From an uncultured Flavobacteriaceae bacterium (GTDB taxonomy: Bacteria; Bacteroidota; Bacteroidia; Flavobacteriales; Flavobacteriaceae), in NCBI GenBank assembly GCA_963722665.1, contig CAVRNW010000010.1:5761-69760 (forward strand): 64,000 nt of DNA, in the 5' to 3' direction. The translations under genes and the position numbers were made by a program. Positions 44,154-53,924 of this stretch are shown here, one piece after another; positions within the stretch are counted from its first letter, which is position 1, and the number at the start of each line of letters is the position of its first letter. A model generated the notes under the pieces. That model did not search any database. It saw nothing but the letters and a program-made list of their open reading frames with translations, and was not told the origin of the DNA.

Positions 44154-45207
44154 TTAATTGATTTAAAAATGTGGTTAAGGTGTTTAAAAATAGTTCCGGC
44201 TTGAATTCCTTATAAAGCTCAAAAACCTTTGATTTCATTTCTTTTTCAGAGTGATTCTTATATAATTCCGGTTTAAAATCCCTTAGGTGGACAGATTTAT
44301 TTTTACCATCCTCTTCAAAAATACTCCAGGTCAGTTTATCTATCCAAGGTGAAAAGATAGCAAATGTTGGAATATTTAATGCTTTCGCCATATTTATTGC
44401 TCCTCCTTCATTACCAATTAAGGCCTTACAATGAGAGGAAATTGCCAAAAATTCTCTTAAGCTGCTTCCAAAAACATCAAACAATATCATTTCCTGGGTA
44501 TCCTTACTGCATAAATTTAGAATAGATTTTGCATCCTCTATCTGGTCTGGAATATAATTAAACAGAATTTGTCCATTTGTGGTCAGGGCAACAGAATCAA
44601 TTACTTGGGACATATAATTAAAAGGGTATGTTTTATTCCTGCCACTACCTAAAACGCTCATCATAAATATGGGTTTCCTAAAATCAACTCCTTTAGTTTG
44701 TAAAAGTTTTTTACTGTCTTTAATTTCTTTTTCAGACAGATAGATCTTTGGACGAATTGGTTCTGTTGATATGTTTAAGGGTTCCAATAATTGAAGTCTG
44801 TTCACTATGGCCAACCCGGATTTGGAATCCGTTTTAGTTTTTCGTTTTACATTATGATCGTACACAATGGTACTATAATGCTTGTAGTAAGATATTTTTG
44901 TTTTGGCACCTGAAAGAATTGTAATTATATTACTAGATAACTTGGAATAAACATCAATTAAAATATCATATTGATTTCTTTTAATTTGTTTAGCCAATTT
45001 ATAAAGAGCTATTTTACTGTTTTGAGCCTCTTTAGTGAAAAAAATATAATTATCTATAAACGGATTTCCTTCAACAACAGGGTAGGTATTGGAATTAATT
45101 AAATAATCTAAATGAGCCTTAGGATACTTATTACGAAGTAATTCAAAGAGAATACTGCTGGTGAGCACATCTCCAATCATTTTTTGTTGTATGACAAGTA
45201 TTTTCAT
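44146..45207 (-). CDS. GT9-family glycosyltransferase (LPS heptosyltransferase-like)
   Basis: MKILVIQQKMIGDVLTSSILFELLRNKYP.. and C-terminal LIGNEGGAINMAKALNIPTFAIFSP are typical of GT9. Confidence 0.75.
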   Translation of the reverse strand: MKILVIQQKMIGDVLTSSILFELLRNKYPKAHLDYLINSNTYPVVEGNPFIDNYIFFTKEAQNSKIALYKLAKQIKRNQYDILIDVYSKLSSNIITILSGAKTKISYYKHYSTIVYDHNVKRKTKTDSKSGLAIVNRLQLLEPLNISTEPIRPKIYLSEKEIKDSKKLLQTKGVDFRKPIFMMSVLGSGRNKTYPFNYMSQVIDSVALTTNGQILFNYIPDQIEDAKSILNLCSKDTQEMILFDVFGSSLREFLAISSHCKALIGNEGGAINMAKALNIPTFAIFSPWIDKLTWSIFEEDGKNKSVHLRDFKPELYKNHSEKEMKSKVFELYKEFKPELFLNTLTTFLNQLNG

Positions 45208-46023
45208 CTAAACAGCTACATCATATTCTCGCAAGGCATCATTCAATGATGTTTTTTTATTAGTGCTTTCTTTACGTTTTCCAATTATCAGAGCACAAGG
45301 AACATTATACTCACCGGCTGCGAATTTTTTAGTGTAACTTCCGGGAATTACTACTGAACGTTGTGGTACAATACCTTTCATTTCAATAGGTTTATCACCA
45401 GTTACATCAATTATTTTAGTACTCATGGTTAAAACAACATTTGCGCCTAAAACAGCTTCTTTTTCTACTCGCACTCCTTCTACGACAATGCAACGTGATC
45501 CAATGAAAGCACCATCTTCAATAATTACAGGCGCTGCTTGCAATGGTTCCAAAACACCACCTATACCAACACCTCCTGATAAATGTACATTCTTGCCTAT
45601 TTGTGCGCAACTGCCTACTGTGGCCCAGGTATCAACCATGGTTCCTTCATCTACATATGCACCAATATTTACATAACTTGGCATTAAGATAGTACCGGGA
45701 GAAATGTAAGCACCGTGTCTTGCGACAGCATGAGGAACAACACGAATCCCTTTTTCGGCATATCCGCGTTTTAAAGGTATTTTATCATGAAATTCTAGTG
45801 GTCCTGCTTCCCATGTTTCCATTTTCTGGATTGGAAAATATAAAACTACTGCCTTTTTAACCCATTCGTTGACTTGCCACCCATCGGAAACTGGCTCTGC
45901 AACGCGCAGTTTGCCTGCATCTAATAGATCGATCACTTGCCTTATACTTTTAATGGTATTGGCATCCTTTAATAGGTCTCTTGTTTCCCATGCTTTTTCA
46001 ATGGTTTGCTGTAATTCTGTCAT
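45208..46023 (-). CDS. dapD: 2,3,4,5-tetrahydropyridine-2,6-dicarboxylate N-succinyltransferase
   Basis: MTELQQTIEKAWETRDLL.., hexapeptide repeats (IGAYVDEGTMVDTWATVGSCAQIGKNVHLSGGVGIGGVLEP..IIEDGAFIGSRC). The ATG at 46023 is preferred over the upstream TTG at 46044. Confidence 0.85.
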   Translation of the reverse strand: MTELQQTIEKAWETRDLLKDANTIKSIRQVIDLLDAGKLRVAEPVSDGWQVNEWVKKAVVLYFPIQKMETWEAGPLEFHDKIPLKRGYAEKGIRVVPHAVARHGAYISPGTILMPSYVNIGAYVDEGTMVDTWATVGSCAQIGKNVHLSGGVGIGGVLEPLQAAPVIIEDGAFIGSRCIVVEGVRVEKEAVLGANVVLTMSTKIIDVTGDKPIEMKGIVPQRSVVIPGSYTKKFAAGEYNVPCALIIGKRKESTNKKTSLNDALREYDVAV

Positions 46024-46100
46024 TTTTAAGGTGCTTTGGGGCAAATATAAGAGGTAAATTATTATTTGGCATAATATTTACGGTATAAAAATATAAAGAC

Positions 46101-46108
46101 TAAATTTG
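46101..46108 (+). promoter_or_regulatory. Candidate -7 box (TAAATTTG) upstream of ruvX
   Basis: Exact match to TAnnTTTG, 14 nt upstream of the ATG at 46123. No convincing -33 TTG lies at the canonical spacing. Confidence 0.25.
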
Positions 46109-46122
46109 CACAAAAATTAAAA

Positions 46123-46536
46123 ATGGCTCGGATATTGGCTATTGATTATGGACAAAAAAGAACAGGGATTGCTGTAACTGATGAACTTCAAATTATTGCT
46201 TCCGGTCTAACAACCGTAGATACTAAAGAGCTGATTAATTTTTTAAGTAATTATATAAGTGTTGAAAAAGTTGAATTGATCTTAGTTGGAGAGCCTAAAC
46301 AAAAGGATGGAACAGCATCACAGAGTGAAGCATTCATTGTCCCATTTTTAAAACAACTTAATAAAAGGTTTCCGAATATTCCGGTTAAACGAGTTGATGA
46401 ACGATTTACCTCTAAACTGGCATTTCAAACCATGATCGATGGAGGCTTAAAGAAGAAGCAAAGACAAAACAAAGCACTTGTTGATGAAATAAGTGCAACC
46501 ATAATCTTACAGGATTATCTGTACAATAAAAAATGA
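46123..46536 (+). CDS. ruvX: Holliday junction resolvase-like nuclease RuvX (YqgF)
   Basis: MARILAIDYGQKRTGIAVTD.., VDERFTS, ISATIILQDYL. Confidence 0.85.
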   Translation: MARILAIDYGQKRTGIAVTDELQIIASGLTTVDTKELINFLSNYISVEKVELILVGEPKQKDGTASQSEAFIVPFLKQLNKRFPNIPVKRVDERFTSKLAFQTMIDGGLKKKQRQNKALVDEISATIILQDYLYNKK

Positions 46537-46559
46537 TTAATACGTAAACTGTCAAAATA

Positions 46560-47150
46560 ATGATTTTACCCATTGTTGCCTATGGCGACACTGTTTTAAG
46601 AAAGAAAGGAAAACAAATATCTGAGGTATATCCTAATTTGCAAGCTCTTATCGAAAACATGTACGAAACAATGTATGGCGCTTTTGGAGTTGGTTTAGCA
46701 GCTCCGCAGATAGGTTTACCAATACGTTTGTTTATTGTAGATACGGAGCCATTTTCAGAGGATGAAGTCCTGACTGAAGAAGAACAGAGTTTTTTAAAAG
46801 ATTTTAAACAAACATTCATAAATCCAAAGATCATTAAAGAAGAAGGTGATGAGTGGGCATTTACGGAAGGCTGTTTGAGTATTCCGGAAATCAGAGAAGA
46901 TGTTTTCAGGCAACCAAAAATTACAATTGAATTTTTTGATGAGAATTTTAAAAAGCATACTAAAGAATACGAAGGTCTGGTAGCCAGAGTGATTCAGCAT
47001 GAGTATGATCACATTGAAGGAATTCTTTTCACTGATAAGATATCTTCTTTAAAAAAACGTTTGATAAAGAGTAAACTTTTAAATATCAGTAAAGGGAAAA
47101 TTAAAGTAGATTATAAAATGCGCTTCCCTGATATAAAAAAGAAACGATAA
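46560..47150 (+). CDS. def: Peptide deformylase
   Basis: GVGLAAPQIG, EGCLSIP and QHEYDHIEG, the three deformylase motifs. Confidence 0.9.
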   Translation: MILPIVAYGDTVLRKKGKQISEVYPNLQALIENMYETMYGAFGVGLAAPQIGLPIRLFIVDTEPFSEDEVLTEEEQSFLKDFKQTFINPKIIKEEGDEWAFTEGCLSIPEIREDVFRQPKITIEFFDENFKKHTKEYEGLVARVIQHEYDHIEGILFTDKISSLKKRLIKSKLLNISKGKIKVDYKMRFPDIKKKR

Positions 47151-47208
47151 TTCTTTGATTAATAGAGTAAACAATGCATATTTGCGGCTTTAAAATCGAC
47201 ATCTTAAT

Positions 47209-47641
47209 ATGGGCTTAGATAAAATCTTATCAATTTCAGGAAAACCGGGGTTATTTCAATTAAAAACACAGACCAGAAGTGGTTTTGTTGCCGAATCATT
47301 ATTGGACGGTAAGAAGGTTTCTGTAAGTATTCAAAGCAACGTAAGTATCTTAAGTGAAATTGCTGTTTATACTTTGACTGAGGAAGTGCCTTTAAGAAAA
47401 GTGTTTAAAGCAATTAGTGAAAAGGAAAATGGAGGACATACCAGTATAAGCCATAAAGACGGTAAAGATTCTCTGGAAGAGTACTTCTTTGAAATTTTAC
47501 CTGATTATGATGAAGACAAAGTTTATGCCGAGCGATATTAAGAAAATTGTTCAATGGTATAACTTGCTTCATAAAAATGACTTATTGTCATTGGAAGAAG
47601 AAATTAATGAGAAAGAAAACAAAAGTGATGAAGAAGAGTAA
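47209..47641 (+). CDS. DUF5606-like conserved Bacteroidota protein; one frameshift near 47530
   Basis: MGLDKILSISGKPGLFQLKTQTRSGFVAESLLDGKKV... The ORF stops at 47541, but SDIKKIVQWYNLLHKNDLLSLEEEINEKENKSDEEE continues in another frame to 47641. Confidence 0.45.
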
Positions 47642-47668
47642 ATAAAATTTTAAATATTTACAAACCGA

Positions 47669-47696
47669 CCTGCGTTTTAAACGCAGGTTTTTTATT
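47669..47696 (+). terminator. Rho-independent terminator
   Basis: CCTGCGT (47669-47675), loop TTTAA, ACGCAGG (47681-47687), followed by TTTTTTATTTTT. Confidence 0.7.
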
Positions 47697-47705
47697 TTTA
47701 GACTT

Positions 47706-48248
47706 ATGAATACTAAAGATCTTGAAAAACTAAAATACCCTATTGGCCAATTTAATTCACCGGAAAGCTATGATGAAGCCAAGATAGAGGAATGGATTAC
47801 TATTTTAGAGGATTTTCCAAAACGTATTTCTTCTTTGGTTAAAAACCTATCCGATCCACAATTGGATACAAGATATAGACCGGAGGGCTGGACCATTAGA
47901 CAGGTTGTTCATCATTTAGCAGATAGCCATCACCACAGTTATATAAGATTTAAGTGGGCTTTAACAGAAGACAAGCCCGTTATAAAGTATTATTTTGAGC
48001 AATTATGGGCTGAACTCCCAGATGCTAAATCAGCTCCAATTGAACTTTCTCTGGACCACCTAAAGGCAGTACATGCTAAATTAGTTTACCTACTCAAATC
48101 TTTAAGTAAAAAAGAACTTAATAGGGCCTTTATTCATCCTGAGCATAATAATGAGATAGTTTTGTGGAAGAATATTGGCATTTATTCGTGGCACAGCAAT
48201 CATCACTTTGCGCATATAGCGAATTTGATAAAATCAAAAGGTTGGTGA
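47706..48248 (+). CDS. DinB/YfiT-family putative metal-dependent hydrolase or thiol transferase
   Basis: KYPIGQFNSPESYDE.., GWTIRQVVHHLADSHHHSYIRF.., SWHSNHHFAHI (His triad of the DinB fold). Confidence 0.7.
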   Translation: MNTKDLEKLKYPIGQFNSPESYDEAKIEEWITILEDFPKRISSLVKNLSDPQLDTRYRPEGWTIRQVVHHLADSHHHSYIRFKWALTEDKPVIKYYFEQLWAELPDAKSAPIELSLDHLKAVHAKLVYLLKSLSKKELNRAFIHPEHNNEIVLWKNIGIYSWHSNHHFAHIANLIKSKGW

Positions 48249-48273
48249 TAATACGATTTTAAAATTATTCTTT

Positions 48274-49857
48274 TCAAAACTTCGGTTTGAACGTGATCTC
48301 AAATCTGCTGAAATCATCTTTTTTATAGGTTACATCACCGTGTAATTCTTCGATTAGCAGCATGACTAGTTGCAAACCGAGTGACGAACTATTTTTAAAA
48401 TCTACAGAATCCGGTATTCCGGGACCATTGTCAGCATATACAAGGAGATATCCCTCATCGGTTGTTTTAATTTCTATTTCTATTATATTCTTATTACCTG
48501 ATTTAAAAGCGTATTTATAGCTATTGGTTATCAGTTCATTTATAATCAAGGCAAGGGGCAACATTGTTTCCCCATCAAAATTTAAATCTGACGGAATTTT
48601 AATTTCTTTTTTTATTTCTCTTTCAGAATAGTTAATTGTTTGTTCAATATAGCTTATAAGTTGTTTTATGTAGTCAACAACTTTAACATCATTAAGAGTA
48701 TCACTATTATATAATTTTTCATGAATTAAGGATATACTTTTAATACGATTTTTACTTTCTTCGAGTGCATTTTTTATTTTAGTGTCTGTGTACTCTTTAC
48801 TTTGCATATCGATTAAACTGGTTATGATCATCATGTTATTTTTAATTCTATGATGTATTTCCCTTATTAATGTTTGTACTTGATCAACACGTTTTTGAAG
48901 TTTTATATTTTTTTGTTCTATCACCCCTTGGGCAATTTCTAATTGTTTATTCAATTTATAATTTCTGTAATATTGAATTAATGATATTATAAAGAACACA
49001 AAAATGCCCAAATACCACAAGTAAACAATTAAGGCTAAACTACTTTTAACCCTTGGTTGTTTTTTATAAGCACTGCCTACGGTAAATTTTAATCCAAATA
49101 GATCAATAGTAGAAGTAACAAAATCATCAAATTTAACAGGGTAATTTTTAAAATATTCCGGGTCTCTTTTTTCATTGACTACAGGTGTACCGCTATAAAC
49201 TACTTCTCTGGAAATATAAAACTTGTCATCTATATCAAAATAATGTACAAAGTCACTTTCATCTGGTAAATAAAAATAGTCCAGCAAGTATTTTACATTA
49301 ATCAATGCAGCCATGTAACCAATGACTTCATTATTATTATTTGAAATAGCAAAATTAAAAGGAAATCCCGCCCAGCCTTCATATAAATTTATTGGTTCAA
49401 ACAATCTTATCTTGTCAGATTTCATTAATTTATCCAACTCTTCAATTTCCTCTTTAGGTCTGAATTTTGAAACATTCATGCCCTTAATACCTGCTTCATC
49501 TATTCCTTCTGGGGAAAAAACATAAATAAATTCGTGATTCTTGTTAAGGTAACTTACTGTAATTAAATCCTTAAAATCAAGTTCTTTTAATAGATCATTT
49601 AAAAATTTTTGTAATTCAATTTCGGTGGGAAATTCTTTAGAATTTTCTATGTGACTTCTTAATGATGATGTAATGGCGGCATAAACGTCAATAGCAGCTT
49701 TGGCCCTAATCATGGCATTATTATGAACATCGCTTAATCGTTCTAAGTGCTCATCTTCAATGGACTTGTAATGAGAATTTAGCAAGTTTTGTAGAACTAT
49801 AGCTCCAATTAATAAAGCAAATAGTAAAATAATGTGATATCTGAAAGGTTTCAACAT
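48274..49857 (-). CDS. Sensor histidine kinase (HisKA_2 / HWE-like) with a large extracytoplasmic domain between two TM helices
   Basis: TM1 at IILLFALLIGAIVLQNL, an external domain of about 260 aa, and TM2 LALIVYLWYLGIFVFFIISLI. Phospho-acceptor motif EIHHRIKNNMMIITSLIDMQ. HATPase boxes LIINELITNSYKYAF and DNGPGIP..SLGLQLV. Confidence 0.75.
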   Translation of the reverse strand: MLKPFRYHIILLFALLIGAIVLQNLLNSHYKSIEDEHLERLSDVHNNAMIRAKAAIDVYAAITSSLRSHIENSKEFPTEIELQKFLNDLLKELDFKDLITVSYLNKNHEFIYVFSPEGIDEAGIKGMNVSKFRPKEEIEELDKLMKSDKIRLFEPINLYEGWAGFPFNFAISNNNNEVIGYMAALINVKYLLDYFYLPDESDFVHYFDIDDKFYISREVVYSGTPVVNEKRDPEYFKNYPVKFDDFVTSTIDLFGLKFTVGSAYKKQPRVKSSLALIVYLWYLGIFVFFIISLIQYYRNYKLNKQLEIAQGVIEQKNIKLQKRVDQVQTLIREIHHRIKNNMMIITSLIDMQSKEYTDTKIKNALEESKNRIKSISLIHEKLYNSDTLNDVKVVDYIKQLISYIEQTINYSEREIKKEIKIPSDLNFDGETMLPLALIINELITNSYKYAFKSGNKNIIEIEIKTTDEGYLLVYADNGPGIPDSVDFKNSSSLGLQLVMLLIEELHGDVTYKKDDFSRFEITFKPKF

Positions 49858-50103
49858 AACTAAATGTGTGCAGTATTTTTTGACTTAATTTTAATTAAAA
49901 CCCCTCAATTTTAAATATCATTGTAGTACAAACATAACAAAAAAAGTAGTATTAATACTAGTTTTATATAAATTTAATACTTCGGAAAATACAATTATTT
50001 ATTTAAATGTAACAGTAGGATATACTAATTTTTATAATTCGAATTTTCAGAATCCATTTAATTAATTAACTTTAGAAATATTAACCAATCTAAAATAAAA
50101 AAA

Positions 50104-50613
50104 ATGAAAACTGTTTATTCTATTCTTTGCTTATCTCTTCTTTTTATTGCCTGTCAACCAAAAGTTGATAATGCAGCTAATGAAACTTTTGAAAAAAATT
50201 CAATTACTGTTTTAGCTAATATTGAAGGATTCTCAAATGAAAATTTAGATTATACTATGTACGCAGATAATTTTGTTCTGGCAGAGACAAGTTTTGGTGC
50301 AAGTGACTCCTTAAATTTAGACGATGTTAAAGCTAGAGATGTGGAGCTTTGGGATATGTATGATTTTGAATTTGTAACAGATCCTATAGTTCTATTGCCC
50401 GGAGTTAATGCTGAAACCAGAATGCCTGATGGCTCTGTAAGATATTATGGAGCCTGGAAAGTTACGCTTCCAGCTACAGATTCAACTGAGGCCAAATCAG
50501 GTGTTATGAGAATGTACGAATCATTTGATTTTAATGAAGAAGGTAGAATTGTTTACCAACAAGGCTATGCTGATTTTACAGGTTTATTCATGCATTTACA
50601 TGGTGAAGAATAA
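50104..50613 (+). CDS. Small lipoprotein of unknown function
   Basis: Lipobox LLFIACQ after the signal peptide MKTVYSILCLSLLFIAC; 169 aa with no recognised catalytic motif. Confidence 0.4.
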   Translation: MKTVYSILCLSLLFIACQPKVDNAANETFEKNSITVLANIEGFSNENLDYTMYADNFVLAETSFGASDSLNLDDVKARDVELWDMYDFEFVTDPIVLLPGVNAETRMPDGSVRYYGAWKVTLPATDSTEAKSGVMRMYESFDFNEEGRIVYQQGYADFTGLFMHLHGEE

Positions 50614-50634
50614 TTAGAATTTCAGAATATAAAT

Positions 50635-50662
50635 AAAAGCCTTCAATTAATTGAAGGCTTTT
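50635..50662. terminator. Bidirectional rho-independent terminator (perfect 14+14 palindrome)
   Basis: AAAAGCCTTCAATT|AATTGAAGGCTTTT lies between convergent genes, with A-run and T-run flanks. Confidence 0.7.
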
Positions 50663-50694
50663 TAAGTATTATAAATTCAGTTTAATTATGAATT

Positions 50695-50970
50695 CTATTT
50701 TGCTTTATTAAGTTTATTTGATTTTTCTAATTCCGCCTTACTGGGCATTGGTCCGCGTAAATGTATAATCAGACCATCTAAGAAATTACGCAATATTTGG
50801 TCACCACATTCTACATATTTAGGGTGATTTTCATTTCTGAAAAAAGAATTGATCTCACTTTTACTAATTCTAAAATCTTTCAAGGCACAAATTTTTACGA
50901 TGTCGTCATCACGAAGTTTATGAGCGACACGTAACTTTTTAAAAATATCATTATTGGATAAACCACCCAT
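50695..50970 (-). CDS. DUF1456 (YehS-like) family protein, single-repeat form
   Basis: LSNNDIFKKLRVAHKLRDDDIVKICALKDFRISKSEINSFFRNENHPKYVECGDQILRNFLDGL resembles the DUF1456 repeat. Confidence 0.55.
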   Translation of the reverse strand: MGGLSNNDIFKKLRVAHKLRDDDIVKICALKDFRISKSEINSFFRNENHPKYVECGDQILRNFLDGLIIHLRGPMPSKAELEKSNKLNKAK

Positions 50971-50981
50971 TTCTTTTTATT

Positions 50982-52154
50982 TTAGTCTTCAACCCTGTTA
51001 TCATCAAAGGCGGAAGGTAGTAATTTTGGAATGAACTTAATAACTAAGGGCAACAATAAAGCACCGCCAGGGAGCATAAATATGGCTAAACTGGGAATAC
51101 TCTTAAAAATATCTATAAGTTGTTCTTGTACTTTTTTTTGTTCAGCTTCTGTTAAATCCCTCATTGTAGATTTTGATAATAAAACCAATAATTCTTTACT
51201 TTCCCTTATTTCATTTAGCAATCGCTTGCTGTTCCTTGAAATTAGTTTAATCACCATATTACTGGAATTGTCGTAAAAACTTTTAACTATATTTTTTGAG
51301 CTTAAAAGGGCGATATTGTCTTTGTTAGAAGTATAGAATTGATTTACAGATGATAAAGACTGCTCTACTTTATTTGGATCCATATTGAAATCGGAACCTA
51401 ATTTTTCCAAAAAGGATTTCTCAGCAATGTCAATCTTTTGATCTGTCCAACTTGCCATGCAGGCAATATCCAATAGGTATTGAGATTCCAGATCATTTTT
51501 TGTTAGTTGTGTGATCTCCTTGTAAGTTAATGGTCGGGTATTTTGATATCGTAAAGATGCTTCCAGCAACTTGATCAAACTTCTATCATATTTGGTTTTA
51601 TACTTTTTTGAATTTAACACATCGACAACTACCGTTTCTATTGTTGCCTCTAATTGTTTAATATACTCTTCTGAAAGATGTTCTGTTTTTAAGAACTGAC
51701 CATAAGCCAATACATCAACAAATAATAGGGCATTAGTTATGAAATAATTAAAATTCTTGGTTAAAAAATTATCATCAAGCAGAATTCGTTTATGAATAAT
51801 TCTTTCCAACAATCCATTGGATTTCTTTCTGTTTAAAATATCACTAAAGAATGAAGATTTATACTCATTTATTTCAATGTAAAAGTTGATTACACTTTCT
51901 GTAAAAGGTATTGTCGCAGGAAAATCTTTATAAATGGCATATAGGGAAATAAGTAAATTTATTTTAGCATACTCTTCCTTGGAAAGACCACTATCGGGAA
52001 ATAAATTTTTAACAACTCCTTGATTGCTTCCATAAATAAAACCGCATTCTCTAAGATCAAAATATAGCTCGTTGATATTCAGCTCAGCTGATACTTGGTT
52101 TTTATCAACCTCTAGAAGTAATTTTTTTATCCAGCCTGATGAAGAAGGATTCAT
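50982..52154 (-). CDS. LETM1-related (biofilm-associated type) protein with a C-terminal membrane anchor
   Basis: The C-terminus TEAEQKKVQEQLIDIFKSIPSLAIFMLPGGALLLPLVIKFIPKLLPSAFDD resembles the LETM1-like TM/ribosome-binding-domain junction; 390 aa, otherwise helical. Confidence 0.4.
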   Translation of the reverse strand: MNPSSSGWIKKLLLEVDKNQVSAELNINELYFDLRECGFIYGSNQGVVKNLFPDSGLSKEEYAKINLLISLYAIYKDFPATIPFTESVINFYIEINEYKSSFFSDILNRKKSNGLLERIIHKRILLDDNFLTKNFNYFITNALLFVDVLAYGQFLKTEHLSEEYIKQLEATIETVVVDVLNSKKYKTKYDRSLIKLLEASLRYQNTRPLTYKEITQLTKNDLESQYLLDIACMASWTDQKIDIAEKSFLEKLGSDFNMDPNKVEQSLSSVNQFYTSNKDNIALLSSKNIVKSFYDNSSNMVIKLISRNSKRLLNEIRESKELLVLLSKSTMRDLTEAEQKKVQEQLIDIFKSIPSLAIFMLPGGALLLPLVIKFIPKLLPSAFDDNRVED

Positions 52155-52224
52155 TTGATCTATGAATTATGTAAAATTAAAAAAGCCACTTAAAAAAGCA
52201 GCTTTTATTATTTAATTATTCTAT

Positions 52225-52785
52225 CTATTCAATAACGGCACCACAAGTGACTCGCCCACCGGCAGCTCCTGTAGGTTGTGTTACAAAATCGTCGGTTCCT
52301 TCATGAACAATTACTGCTTTACCCACAATATCTTTATTGGGGTCACCACATCCAATACACCATTGGTCTGTTGCAAAAGTAATAGTCCCATTACCGTTTT
52401 GATCGGCTTCAAAATTTCCTATATCTCCTTTATGATAACCTTCAGATGCGCCCCATTTTCCGTGAGGTGCAGACGTTGGATTCCAGTGTCCTCCTGTTGA
52501 TGTACCATCATCAGCAGAGCAATCGGCTTTTTCGTGTAAGTGTATGGCATGAGACCCTGGAGTAAGGCCACTCATTATTGCGGTCATTGAAACAGTTCCA
52601 TTCTCATCAGTAAATACTACGTTTCCTGATACGTTAGAATTGCTCTTAGGATCCAATTTTATTTTTATTTTTTTGACTTCAACTGATACTGTTTCTTCAA
52701 CTTTTTTATTTTCTTCTTTTTTTTCGTTTTTACATCCAGTAATAAAAATGGTGCAAATGGCCAATGCCAGTATTGATTTTTTCAT
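52225..52785 (-). CDS. sodC: Cu,Zn superoxide dismutase, lipoprotein form
   Basis: Lipobox FITGC. HAIHLHEKADCS, GGHWNP, HKGDIGN and VIVHEGTDD..GGAGGRVTCGVI-type motifs. The internal ATG at 52785 is preferred. Confidence 0.85.
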   Translation of the reverse strand: MKKSILALAICTIFITGCKNEKKEENKKVEETVSVEVKKIKIKLDPKSNSNVSGNVVFTDENGTVSMTAIMSGLTPGSHAIHLHEKADCSADDGTSTGGHWNPTSAPHGKWGASEGYHKGDIGNFEADQNGNGTITFATDQWCIGCGDPNKDIVGKAVIVHEGTDDFVTQPTGAAGGRVTCGAVIE

Positions 52786-53023
52786 AATGTTATTATTATT
52801 AAACTTTTTAAAGCTCCAAATTAAATATTTCATCCAATTTACTAATAATTTTCTATTAATACTTTACTATTTATAATTTATCTAAAACAACTAATTCATG
52901 TAATTATCTGATGATAAAAATCATGTGGCTTAAATTTATTTTTAAGTAAATTTGAATCTCAGAGCTCTACTAGATTTATCATAATTTAGGTAATTGAATC
53001 TTATTTTAACTTAAAACCAACAA

Positions 53024-53857
53024 ATGGAAAAAATAATCGTACCTATTGATTTTTCAAAACATTCGGAGTATGCTCTGGAGGTAGCTGCAGGAATAGCAAA
53101 AAAGACAAATTCGGAACTATTGGTTTTACATATGCTCGAATTAGCAACAGGTCTGCTCACAAAATCAAGTAGTCAACATCAAACAACCTCAATATTTTTA
53201 TTAAAAATTGCAGAAGCCAAGTTTGATGAGTTTTTACAAAAGGATTATCTGGAAGGATTAAAAATTACTCCTATTGTTAAACACTTTAAGGTTTTTAGTG
53301 AGGTCAATGACGTAGCAATGGAGCATGATGCAAGTTTGGTTGTTATGGGATCACATGGTACAAGTGGTTCCAGAGATATTTTCATTGGGTCCAATACAGA
53401 AAAGGTGGTTAGGAACTCAGATGTTCCGGTTTTAGTGGTGAAAAACAGAATATCAGATTTAAAGTTGGATGAAGTCGTTTTTGCTTGCGATTTTAAATAT
53501 GAAAATATTCGTCCTTATTTAAATGCAACAAAATTATTTAAAGCATTTGATTCAACCATTAATTTATTATACGTGAATTTACCTAATGAGAATTTTAGAA
53601 GTTCGACGGAAATAGATTCCAGAGTTGCCGACTTTTTAATGAAAGCAGATGGTAATCTGGACAACATGAAAAATGTACACTATCAAGCCGACTATAGTGT
53701 GGAAAGAGGAATTATAAATTTCTCCAATAAAGTAGGAGCCGATATTATTGCTATCCCAACTCATGGAAGAAAGGGTATCGCACATTTCTTTACTGGAAGT
53801 GTAGGTGAGGATGTTGCTAATCATTCGGCACTGCCGGTGATTACATTTAAAATTTGA
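53024..53857 (+). CDS. Universal stress protein family, tandem Usp domains
   Basis: MEKIIVPIDFSKHSEYALEVA.., LVVMGSHGTSG..GSNTEKVVRNSDVPVLVV, and the second domain IIAIPTHGRKG..GSVGEDVANHSALPVITF. Confidence 0.8.
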   Translation: MEKIIVPIDFSKHSEYALEVAAGIAKKTNSELLVLHMLELATGLLTKSSSQHQTTSIFLLKIAEAKFDEFLQKDYLEGLKITPIVKHFKVFSEVNDVAMEHDASLVVMGSHGTSGSRDIFIGSNTEKVVRNSDVPVLVVKNRISDLKLDEVVFACDFKYENIRPYLNATKLFKAFDSTINLLYVNLPNENFRSSTEIDSRVADFLMKADGNLDNMKNVHYQADYSVERGIINFSNKVGADIIAIPTHGRKGIAHFFTGSVGEDVANHSALPVITFKI

Positions 53858-53896
53858 TAGTTTATAGTTAATTGATAAATTGGTTGATTGAAAAAA

Positions 53897-53924
53897 GGGA
53901 ATTGCAAAAACAATTCTCTTTTTT
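53897..53924. terminator. Bidirectional rho-independent terminator
   Basis: GGGAATTG (53897-53904), loop CAAAAA, CAATTCTC (53911-53918; one G-U pair), preceded by an A-run and followed by TTTTTT. Confidence 0.55.
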
